A DNA stretch of 64,000 bases from Chlorokybus atmophyticus. Taxonomy: Eukaryota; Plantae; Mesostigma and Chlorokybus algae. Position numbers and translations under genes: made by a program. Shown piece after piece: positions 49,397 to 61,397 of this stretch; position 1 is the first letter of the stretch, and each line of letters starts with the position of its first letter. The stretch lies in contig RHPI01001715.1 in the NCBI GenBank assembly GCA_009103225.1, forward strand, positions 263,261 to 327,260. The letters run 5' to 3'. A model generated the notes under the pieces. The model was not told the DNA's origin. It saw only the letters and a list, made by a program, of their open reading frames with translations, and searched no databases.

Positions 49397-52300
49397 TCAC
49401 ATCAATCCCCTGCCCTCACCCCCCTCAAACACGAGCACCCGCAAGGCAACGTGTCTCAACCCGACTCCAGCATCAAGTTGGGATGTTGTACTGTTGGGTT
49501 TGTTGTGGTCTTCACTCCTCCAAGCCTCTGCCTTCCCGGGCACGAGCCACGCTTCGAGCGTGTCGCCCACACCCAACGACACGCCCACGTGCCAACGCCT
49601 CTCCTCTTGGGCCTTGTTGTTGTTGTTGGCAGGGGAGAGCAGGGCTTGTAGGATGGCTTCAGGTGGTGGATTATTGGAGTTGAGGTCGGTTGCGGTTGAT
49701 GCGTGCGGTGTCTTGGAGAGGGTGAGCTTGATACCTTTGCAGCCCTTTGGGTCAACGCACCGCGCTCGCACCTGAGCAACGTTCAAAGCCAGCCAAGCGT
49801 ATGGCTGAAAACGATTGGTACATACAGTGCGTGTGCGTGCGCTCGCGCGCGTGTGCAGTTCCACGTGTGCATGCTCGGTTGCGTCTACGTGCGTGTGCGC
49901 ATGTGCACTCACTCTTTCATGCAGTTCTACACCACTCCTGATGCCTCAATACTGACTGGTCATTCGCTATCTCATTCACCAACTCACTCATTCTCTCACT
50001 CACTCACTCACGCACTCACTCACTCGTTCTGAATCCTTTTTCGCCTCAAGCACCTACCTCCATCTCAGCATTGGGCATGTGACTGTGGCTCGTGTAAGCC
50101 ACGACCGCTGCGCTGCGCTTGGCTCCCCCGCAGCAGCCATCCGGCGCATATCCGCTGCACGGCGCCGCCCGCCCCAGCGCGATATGCGCCCCGGCGGAGG
50201 AGGCGATACCGACACCCGGGCAGACCCATGCGCCGTTTGTAGCCGTGAGTGGGGTTCTGTTGGGCGAGGTTGACGATGACGATGCTGTCGTGGACACGCT
50301 GTCGGACCACGTCAACGGCATCCATGATGGTGATGGTGATGGTGATGCGGTTGTGGTTGATGTGGAAGGTGGTGGCTTGGTTGGTTTTGGAGACGCCGAC
50401 ATGTCTCTTTCTGACGAACCCCAGTCCCACGCCATCGCCGACCTGGTCATACATACACATCACAAGAAGCATCCTGCAGACTTGCAATTCTCGCGCTAGA
50501 ACAACGATGGCTGCCTACCTTATGTTGTTACTGTCGTCGCCGCCATCATCGTCCAGGAGAGGCGCGTACCCATACCTCCACCCCAGATGTCCCTGTTTCC
50601 CCGAGAAGTCAGCGAGGCTGTCGGCAACAGGGCGACGTGCACCCGAGGAAGAAGAAGAAGAAGAAGACGAGGATGAGGATGAGGATGAGGATGAGGCTCT
50701 CGATGCGCGCAGTGCCCACAAGGCGTCGAGAGCGAGGTTGTCCAGCAGAGACTGCGAGGCGGAGCGGGAGAGGGGGGTGTCGGAACCACGGCAGGGCTGG
50801 AGGGCGGAGGAGGAGGAATGGAGCTGGGGGAGAGGGGGAGGAGGGCAGAGTGAGTGGGTGGGTGGGTGCGTGTGCGTACAGTTAGGACACGACAGGGTGG
50901 TATCGCTTACGCACGGTTAGTAGTGGCACTGGCCTACTTGCCTGGTGTAGTTGTAGTCACAGTTAACCCAGCTTGGGCGCATTATCAACACTAGTCAGTG
51001 CACTTGTATCATCAGACATAAATTGGAAAATGATGTAACAATGTGCCGACAGCGCCACAAGGACACCTGGTGTACTTACTTCAAAGAGCGTGAGCGGTAG
51101 GGCAACGAAGCTGCCTCCTTCGATGGAGGACGTGGAGGCCTTGTTGACGAGGAGGGCGAGCAGCCACGCGTGGTACTCGCGGAAGGTACGCGCGCCCGCG
51201 CTGAAACAACCGCAGAACGCCGCGCGCTTCACCAGGATAGGGTACTCCGTCAAGCAGGTCTGCGGGTGGGTATGCGAGTGTACGTGCACATGCGTGCATG
51301 CGCATGCGTGTGCGCTTGCACATGCGCGCATCTGCGTTGCATGCACACACGTGTGCATGCGCATGTGTGCATCTGCGTGCACGTGCGTGCAAACACAAGT
51401 GCTCTGCATCTGATCCATCACAACCCATCTCCTCCTTACCTGGCCGTCTCCAACGCGCACGGTCCACGTGGGCGCCATCGGGATGGCAACGTCCCCGCCA
51501 TGTTCGGCAGGCAGCAGCATCCCGGCCGTCACGCCATGGATGTTGCTCCCTCCTCCCCCACCTGATCCCCACAGCGCAGCCTGCAGCCTCAGAGTGGCCG
51601 AGTCGTTGTAACGCACGTCGTCCCGGACAAGAAACAGAGAATCCTCCTAACAACAGGTGATAAGTTAGATGAAGTGACCACAATTGATGGAGTAAGACAT
51701 GCGTGCGCATGCGCGTGCGCATAGTCCACCAAGAGTGCGCGCGCACGCACTGTTTGTGGACTATGCGCACACGCACATTTATCTGCATGCATGCAGTGCA
51801 TGCTGCTAAGTAGTGCACGCAGGCGACTATGCTTTTGTGTGTTCAACGAGTTGTGTGCATCGCTGCGCGAACTGCTTCGCAGTGCAAAACCAGCTCAGCC
51901 TGTTTGGTGCACACGTGAGTGTGAAGCAGAGTGCACTTACATAGAGCGCATCATGGTCGGGTGAGAAATCAGAGCATGCCGACTCCCACAGCACCTGCGC
52001 ATCGACCGCTTGGTTCGCGGGTAGCGTGCGTGTAACGATGCGTGCAGGCCGTCGCGAAGTCATCGTCGTCGTCGTCGTCGTTGAGGGGCGAGATGTCATT
52101 GATGATACAAGCTTGGCGTGGAAGTCCAGCCACGTGTCGGCCGCGGCATACACGCGGGGCTTCAGTACGGGCGGGTACGCCCCGTGCGCCATCACGTGCA
52201 TCAGACGATCGCGCAACGCCGTCACGGTCGGCTCCACCACGATCTTGCTCATGAACTCGCCCTCCAACATCTCCTCCACACCGCCACTGGGAGCATGGAC

Positions 52301-54706
52301 GTAGAGTCAAGAGTCAGTCCATTGACAGGCAAGTTGTCAAGCACGCGTGTACGTGTGATACAGCAATCAAGAGCATGTCCGCAACCACCTGTGCGTGCAA
52401 TGACAGGCACTATTACAATCATCAGGTATCTGTGTTCGTTGTTGAAACAAGCATGCATAGCGTAGTTTACGCATCCTTGCCAAACACGCTCATGTGTGTA
52501 CTGGTAGGGCAGCTACGTGTGTGTGCGCGCATGTGCGAGCATGTGCGCACGCATGCTCATGTATGCACCTCCGCGCACAAACCCCACACGCGTGTGCACA
52601 TGTTTTCCGCGCACGCACACACGCACGCATAGACGGACACACGGACAACACACCAACCTGTCAAAGGCCACTGTGGGTATTGCCCCCGCCGCGCACTCCG
52701 CCACGACATACGGCGAGTTCTCCAACAACGACGGCAGCACGGCCAGCGTCCCCCTCTCCCTCAGCACCCTCAACGCACTGACCCTCGGCAACGCGTGATG
52801 CATCCTCGTGGGCCACTTGCTCACAGTCCCACCCAGATGTTGGGTGATGTAAGCAGTAGATCTGTTATCCGCCCTGTCTCTACCAACAAACAAGACTTCA
52901 TAAGGTGGACCAGGCCAGGGGATCTCTCTCAAAGCCTCCACGAATAGGTACAGTCCCTTTCGGCGTTCGAGGCGGGAGAAGAAGACGAGGCGCCATACTG
53001 GGGAGGCGTGGCGCATGGAGATCTGAGAGGACTTTCTACGCGTGTTTGTTGTTGTGTCGATGATGTTGGGGATGACGTGGGGGTTGCGGGGGTGCCAGCC
53101 GCGTTGGCGGAGGAAGGCGAGCATGTGCTCGGAGGGGGAGACGACGGCGTCGGCGCGCTCGAGACAGTAGCGCTCCGCGGCGTCGACCTCCAGGGATAGG
53201 GCGTCTGTGGTGGTTTGGAACGCAACGAGAGGTATGCGTGTATGTGCACGCGCCCGTGTATGTACGTGCACGTGTGCCTGTATGTGTGTGCGTGTGCGCA
53301 TACGAGCGCATGTATGCGTGCTTGTGCGTGCATGCATGCACGCAGGCATGTGTGCCCATGCGTGTAGTGAACATCGTTACTGCACAACACACATGATGTC
53401 TCAGGTTACATATGTTGTGCAACAGATGCACATGCGTGCACTTTGCCCACCTGATGGTCGCGGGTCGTCGCTCGTCTGTCGTGCCCACATGTGTCCTCCA
53501 TGCGGCACAATCACAATCTTCATCCCATCCATACCCCACCCACTCTCCTCCCCCACCCCCGTCTCCCTCGCCGCAATCGTCTCCACCAACACTCCCCCCC
53601 ACTCGTGCGCGTGCAAGACCTCACACGCACCTTCTCCCCTCTCCCGCAACCAGTTGAAGAACGCCAGACCGATGCGGCGGTACGGGTTGGTCGTCCACAC
53701 GTTGTTGTTGTTGTCGGAGGTGGAGAGGCACACGAGCGTAATGTCGGCGGGGGAGTAGATGGTGGAGGAGAGAGTGGGGCAGTCGAGGAGTTGGGTCGCG
53801 GGGGCGGCGATCCAGGTCACGTGGTAGCGGGTGGAGCGGGCTAGGGCGGAGGCGAGGAGCCAGTAGGCGGTGGCTGTGCCGGCCATACCTGTGTAGATAT
53901 ACACGTATGTGGCATGCAAGTATGTGTACATGCGGTGCAAGCGTGAATATGGAGTGGACGCGTGAATGGACGTGTACGTGTGGCAGTGGTGTCGTCCAGT
54001 GGTATATGAACGTGATACACAAATGATGAACTGATACTACTACAGTATGTATGCGGTCTTGACATGCGGTTTTGGCCACGTTTGTACACAACCATGAAGG
54101 TCATAGTAAGGTTGTCCAGTACAGCATCATGATGAGGAAGTGGCACTACCACACCAGAATGCATGCACTGTGTGCTTACAGTTGTGTAGTGATAATGAGA
54201 TGTTGTCAGTGGTTACTACACTTGAACAACTGAGCAGCTATGTATGACTCCATACCTGGTGCGCCATAAACATCCGAGCTGAGTATACACACCCCCGTGG
54301 TTGCGTGTCCCCTCCCGGTCTGCACACGGCTTAGCCTTACATCACCTCCACTCCCCTGATCTGAACCCGCACTATTCCCGAGCGCTATCTGCCCGACCCC
54401 GAACACGACCGCAGCCGCCACGAGCATCACCATCACTCTGCTCGACACGAGCACCGACACCATCGCTCCCAGCTCGCGCCACCAGCAGCGCATCAGGACG
54501 CTGAGTCCACCCAAACCACTCCTGATATCGACCTCGGCGCTGTATTGTGAGTGCTTCCCTCTCTTGTCCATGTTTGTCCTGATGCGCGGAGACTTGTTCA
54601 CCACCGTGAGGGGGGAGTTGTGGGCGTCGGAGGAGGCGGGACGCAACTGACGGTGCATGGCCTGCTGGGGTGTGGGTGTAGTTTTAGGTTTGGTTGTGGG
54701 TTGCAT
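49397..54706 (-). CDS. Large membrane-anchored multidomain glycosyltransferase: GT4 (GT-B) + degenerate GT2-like + C-terminal extra domain; about 9 exons, start uncertain (54706 or 54569)
   Basis: TM segment, then ILSSDVYGAPG|MAGTATA...HVT...HAHEWGG...VPHGG...W, E...ADAVVSPSEHML...VIPN, LVFFSRLERRKG and LPSLLENSPYVVAEC...GG (GT4). Then LFLVRDD...PILVKRAAF (GT-A-like), and ADSLADFSGKQGHLGWRYGY starting a final domain. Confidence 0.85.
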
Positions 54707-56071
54707 GTTGTCCTTGCTGTTTGACTGAATGGAGTCGACTCACTCTCTGCTGATGAATCGCGTGTAAGCGTAGTGCGCATGGAACAACAGTGTGAGGCTG
54801 GCACGCAACGGACTGTCCTACGCAGCACAGTCACCTGTGTCTGCTGGACAAACAATGTGTGGAAAAACAGTGATCAAGAATCCCTTTTATACACGATGTT
54901 TGACTGATGAGGTGACGGGTTGCAGTTAGAACAAGCCACCTTCTGTGTGCGTATCTGGTACACTATCATGATGAATGGTTTGATATAGCTGGTTTGATGT
55001 TGCCTAATATATAAGATAGTTTCGTGTGTTTCTCAGCCACCGTGCAAATCATTGCACGCTACAATGAACACCCACCCAAAGACGCCTTCCATCATGCACT
55101 ACAAGGCTTTACCACACAGATAGAAGCAAAGGAGAGAGACTTGGTCACCTCATGTCACCCTGACTGTCACGTGGCGCTGATGTTGTCACTATTATGATGG
55201 TCTCACCTCTGAGTTCATCAACCCTGGCGGTGGCGTTGTTCCAGGCATCGTCATCCTCGTTGTCGCTGTCGTCAACATCGCCGCCGCACGCACGCCGCTC
55301 TCATCTGCGCCAGGTGTCATCTACCCACCCAGCCACAGCCACAACTCCTACGAAGTATCATTACCCACCCCCACCCCCACACTCCGCATCTACGCTGTTC
55401 CGCCAAGATCAAGCCGCTGTGAAACGGAGGACAGGACACAGATGGGAAGAGGAACTCGGCTGATCTGTGGTGGTTGGGTTTTTCCTACTCCCTTGCGTCT
55501 CTCTCTCACGCAAGTGTGAAACAAGAGTCGTTGCTCGTTTGTCAACAAGAGTACGGCACTCTCGCCTGGAGTTGAATGGACTTGTAGTTGATTTTGACTA
55601 TCCCAAGGCGCGCCTTTGCGGCTATGCCATCACAGGATGCGCATGGTTGGAGTCAAACGGCGAGGAAGACGAGGTTGAGACAGAGCAGCAAAGAAAGCAG
55701 AGGACAGCCAACGCACACAGTTCGCATCTTGTACCATGGAAAGCAAGCGGAAGCCTAGGTGTACAACTCAACGGGCTACATCAACTACATCGACATCGAC
55801 AACAACGACGACGACGTTAAACAGGACGGGTTCTATTCCCTCTAGCTTACTCAGTGACTTCTCACTTGCAAACTCAGGCAACCTCTCCCTCACTCCCTCT
55901 CTAGCACACACGCACAAACCAAGCAAAAACACACCAAAGGACAGATGGACGGACGCTGCTTGCTTGCCAGGTCGGATGCAACCCCTTGGTAGTACCAGTA
56001 CCGGCCAGCTTGCAATTGAATTGTATTGGCAAGCTGGCCGTATATTGGGTGCAACCCCTTGGCGCCCTCCC

Positions 56072-56121
56072 NNNNNNNNNNNNNNNNNNNNNNNNNNNNN
56101 NNNNNNNNNNNNNNNNNNNNN
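56072..56121. other. Assembly gap (Ns)
   Basis: Run of N. Confidence 0.99.
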
Positions 56122-57851
56122 GCGCTTCCCCCTGTCACATCACCTGCGCATGCATGCCCGCAAGAAAGGGGCCTCCTTCGTGGAGGCATATGCAAGTGAA
56201 CTGTGCACTGCGTTGGGTGCTTGATGTGACCTGCCCTGCGTGACTTGCGTCTTGGCCGTTGGTTCTGCTGCGAGAGTTGCATCCGACGGCGGAGGCGGCA
56301 GCAAACGACGACCCTGATTCAGGTTGTGTGTTCTTTGGTGAGGTTCCGTGTTCGATGAACACGGTTCTGGCTGTGGACTTACCGGGTACACACTGAACGT
56401 TGTGCGATCCATGTAATCCGTCGATCACATGGCAAGATGCGTAATACATGATGTAACATGCATCAATTCTCACACCAATGATGCTAATTCAAGTGAAGCA
56501 AAGACTTATATTTTGTGTTCAAGATATCGAACAACTGTATAACATGTGTTGACAAGATACGATAAGTCTTGCATATCGCAAATGCAAACCTCATTGACAG
56601 GTCTCAACAACTTGTGTGATCTTATGAGCGCACTTGAGCGTGTATGAGCACCAAGTGAGAGTAGCACGCGCAAGAACAATGTAATGTACTAGTAAAAATA
56701 TACATGTGAGTGCTTGTAAGTGCCTTGCTGCAGTATCATCGAAAAGCCTATACTTAACTTACAAATCATGCTTTAGCGAAAAGGGGTCAGATGTGTTGCA
56801 CACCAATATAATTAATGCATGCAAGCACACGCGCACAAGCACACGCGAGCACACCCAAGCATGCACATGCACGCACGGCAGGTTCAATGAGACACTAGGG
56901 TCAGTCACAAACATGCAGCCTCACCGCGCATGCCCAAGGCATGCTCACCTAGTATGTGACCTATCTGATGCTCACCGTTCCCACAAGCACATACAATAGC
57001 ACACTGAGCAGCTGCATGTGTTGCATAAGTCACAAGCAACAGCAAGCAGGCGGTGATGCATTGGGTGGATACATACATGCGCCGAGTCTGCTTTTGGGGC
57101 CCCTTTGTTTTTCCTATGTGTAGCTGTTGTAAGTTATGTGTATTTACTACACGTGAGCTTTATTATGCTACAAACGCAATCAGTTCAGGTGTCCCAACTC
57201 GGCTTACATGCACACGGGTCACCCCACCCTTTAGAACCGTAAAGCATCTTGAGTCAACTTTAACTGCAAGTGTTTTGCCCTTGTTGTACACACATCAAGT
57301 TGCGTGCAAACACATCTGTAAATTTGGCATGTGCAAATACCGCTCGCGACAAACATAATCATCAATAACTCTTACAAATATGCACCTCATATCATTATCC
57401 TACACAAGCGTGACCGCTCACTAGCTGCACACACTCACACGCAATTCAACCGTGCATATCATGCTAGCTGCTCAATCTGCTGCTCAATCTGTCTATCAGT
57501 TTCATGCCTATCTATCTGGCCAAGAGCTGTATGAAGTATGTAAACCTGTGGCTCTTGCATGCCTGCAGTATCTGTGATGTGCTGTGCTATGCGCTGCGTG
57601 CTTACTTTCGCAAAGTTTTACGTTGAGGAATAACAAGTGATGGCCGTACGAAATGCATCAGGATGAGAGGATGCTCCACCAACTTTGCATCGTGAGAAGT
57701 GCTCATTGATTTAGGCAATCATGTGCGTTACTGTTACCACTTACAACATATGCATGCACCAGGCCGATAATTGCACGACCAACAGCCTAGCGCGGTTGTT
57801 CAAAGAATGGACCAGAACAATAAATCACATGCACCATACCACAACGCCGCA

Positions 57852-60428
57852 TCACGCATCAGATCGGTTGCAAGGGCTGCACCTATCGGCCTCAGCAATC
57901 GCAGCCAGCATGACCTTCCAGAAAGCCGGCACGTCCATCACCCGCGCCACTTTCACATTGGGAGGCAGCGGAGATGCGTGCCAGACGTCACACACCGTCT
58001 GACCCGCACTCAACTGTGGGTCAACAACATGGTCAGCACGATGAGTGCTGCAGAACATAATGGTGAGCATTTGCACCTGCCAACTGATGACCAACCTCGC
58101 TGTGTACTTCAATGTCCACCCGCAGTAGCTCTGTCTGTTGTTGAAAGTTAGAAGAATAAACAGGCTGTTAGCAGTTGCAACCTGAGACTGATACAACTTT
58201 ACATGTTACCTACAACTTGTTTGTTTACCGTGAAGAGCTGGGGTTGGATGACATAGGCGACAGCGCATGGGTCATGAAGAGGCGGGTTGCGGAAGTTGAA
58301 CACGCGGAAGTATGTGTCAGCGAAGAACATCAACAGCTGGCAAGCTGCAAGTGCGCACGTGATAAGCTCATTACCTAGCGCATCACCATTTACAAGTACA
58401 AAGGTTGACGTGCCCAGTGAGCATACCTAGTTTGCGAAAGGGTGTTGGGCTGGAACTAAGAATGCTTGCGATGACATCAGGCGTCACCAACGCCGTGTGC
58501 GTAACCTTTGCAGTTCATGTGAGTCCATGCATTGGCCCAGAACAACACAAACAGAGTGGACAGGTTGTCTAGTGCTTACCTCGAGTGGTATCATGACAAC
58601 GGGGATGCTCGACTCAAACACCATCTTTGCAGCCTCAGGGTCATTCTTTGGGGCAAACCATAGGCAACCATAGGCAGTTTACTTGAAGGCACGCGTGAAT
58701 GCAAGTGGCATGGCAACCAGACCCCACACAAGCCTTACCTACTGCCTGACCTGCATGTTGAACTCCGCCACCGGGCCTGAACAAATCATATTCAGTCAAA
58801 GATGACTCAAACTCAGTTTCTGTCACCTGTTATATGGATATGGATAAAATGTTGTAAACGGACCTGTGTTACCGATGCCCAAACACCCGCCTATGCAAAG
58901 AAAAAAAACGCAGCATGTTAGCATTGAAGCGCGAGAGTCTTAACGTAAAAGGAACAACAATGGTTCTTGAGGTGGTTTGTAAACTGTGCGCCTCACCCAT
59001 TAGCACAACCTGCATAGGAGCATGTACAGTTAAGTTGGAGGCTAAACTGCAAAAGTAAAGTGTGAATGCAGAAGAAACGCTCACCTCAATCATGTCTTTG
59101 ACTTCAGGGTACACTGCCAATAGCAGCGCTGCGTTGGTGAGCGATCCAACGCACACGAGCGCCACCCGACTGGCAAGCCTGCAGTTGTCGTGAGTCTTGC
59201 GTACATCACAACAACAACAACAACGACAACAACAACGACAACGGTAACGACATGAGCAACAGAAGGTGTTTGCAAACCTGCCTGTCCAGTGCGTACGCCC
59301 GCGATATCTTTTCAAACATGACATTCACAGCCTTTCCCTCCACCGGAGGCCTGCACAATACTCGTATCAACATCATTCTTAACAAACATGCCATCTAACC
59401 AACCTTACAGGCTGGGGCCAGCCCCCGGCCGAGGCATCTGCGGCTGGGGAAGAGGAGGAGGAGGAGGAGAAGGCGGAGGAGGTGGAAGGAGGAGGGATGT
59501 TGTGGACGTCGAGGCCGGTGATGCCATGAATCTCCGGACAGTGCTTCGCTGATCTTAGCAGCGGGCGAGGCGCCCCACTCACAAGCGCTGTAGTGTTTGT
59601 ATTTGAGTATGTGCTGATAAAGCAGAGTGCGGAAAGTACTCTGCTTTATCAGCACATACTCAGAGTGCGGAAAGCACTCTGCTTTATCTGTGCGAGTGAA
59701 TAGGCTTACGGATGTGATCAAGGCCGGCCATGCGCAGCACCTTCTGCGCGTTCACGGTGGTCTTCTCCACCTGCCGGAGCGCACGTGTAATTGCATGCCT
59801 CAAGTTGTTGGTCACGCAGCACTGTGTGCTGCGTTACATGTCATCTCAGCTAGGGCATTTGTGCCTACATGCAAGAAGCATTCAACATGCATGCTCCGAC
59901 CTTGCGTCCAAATCTCAAGCATACCGAAACGTATTTGCAGCATTGTGAGTGTTACCAAATGCAAACTGACCTGCACTACACAGCATGCACTGCGTTCGAG
60001 GAGATTGTGGCAGTGGTAGCACAGAACATCAAGCAATGCTGTTCAAGTTGCCATGAATGGTGTTGGAGTTGAGAACACTTCTTGTGAAAAGAACTTTACC
60101 GACTGATTGCCGTGCACGGTGCTGATCCCAAGCAGTCGCAATGCACGGTTGTGGCCTGCCAGGATGATGGCCATGGCGTCATCATGCCCTGAACACAAGA
60201 AACACCAGACAACGACAAATCACCTCTCAGCATAATCATGTCACACAGCTTATGAAGCAAGCAACACACAAAGCAGCAGCTGCCTGTGTCAACCCCCCCC
60301 TTGCCTGGATCGCAGTCCAGCCACACCGCCCGAGGCGCCGGCTGCTGCTGCTCCGCCGCCCCCGTGGTGAGCCCCGTCAGCGAGGCCAGAGGTGGCAGGC
60401 AGCCGGACGGCGCTTGGGGAGAGTCCAT
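57852..60428 (-). CDS. URH1: Inosine-uridine-preferring nucleoside hydrolase (URH1/RihA type); about 12 exons
   Basis: VWLDCDPG|HDDAMAIILAG...LLGISTVHGNQS|VEKTTVNA...EIHGITGLD...VCVGSLTNAAL...AEFNMQ...DPEAAKMVF...IPLE...PPLHDPCAVAYVI...RVDIE...AGQTVCD. Confidence 0.95.
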
Positions 60429-61397
60429 CGTCTGCTGCCACCACTAATGACGCCGATAACGACAACGACAACGACGACGACGACGAGGAGGATGAGGAGG
60501 CCGACACCAACAAGAAGTGATCCGAACTGATCACAAAGCGATCACCGCTGCTGATCTTGGTGATCGCAACCTGAACCTGTTCAGCCTGCGCACGTGCCGT
60601 GACATAGCTCAGCATTGTGTTGCGCAGCGATTGCTACATCTGTTGAGCAGCGGCGGCGGCGGCCGGGTGATCAGCGTGGGTGTGGGTGTGGGTGTGGATG
60701 CAAGTGGTTGCTGCGTAGCGGTGGTGGTCTTGGTCGGTGTGCGTGTGGTGGTCGGCTGCTGCACTGGTTGCGCACAGCGCAACACCGTACAGCACAGAAC
60801 TGCACCGCACTCATGCTGAGGTCAGTGCGCATAGCATTTGTGCACAACACTCAAAGTTCTGAGATCAATAAAGTAGGCACTAAGCCTGAGTACCTTCGCT
60901 ACTCATGGCATGAAATACTCGTCACAGGTGATTTCCCGGCATCATTTTAAGTCGTCATGATGTGTAATGATGACTTGCTGACCAGTATAGCTGCTTGTTG
61001 CATCATGGAGTGGCGACGTTGTTACTCGCTATGCTGTTCTTTGATATGCCTGCCAGTTTGTCATTGTCACTGTTGTTTGATTTACCAAACCGTGCTGCAC
61101 CTAACCGTACTGACCTCAATGCACACCAAACAGGCAACAAACCACATGTATATGCAATATGCACAGTGAGTCCAGCCATGCCGCATGTCCTTACCTACAC
61201 TTCACCACACTGCACACATCTTCACATGCACGCGACATGTAGGCTTTCCAGTGTGACCAATGAAAGACTCACTCACGCATGCTAGACACAATCACAGCGG
61301 AGCGCACATCAAGCATTAAGAGGTCTGAAAGTGGTTGCGTCAACACCCAATGCGCCGCCTCACACATTATGGTTGCCGTGCAAACAGGACAAGGAGC

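Noticed and set aside
55194-55820. Short ORFs upstream of the glycosyltransferase
   Set aside because: No recognisable motifs. More likely 5' UTR exons or uORFs of the GT gene; cannot be resolved without transcripts.
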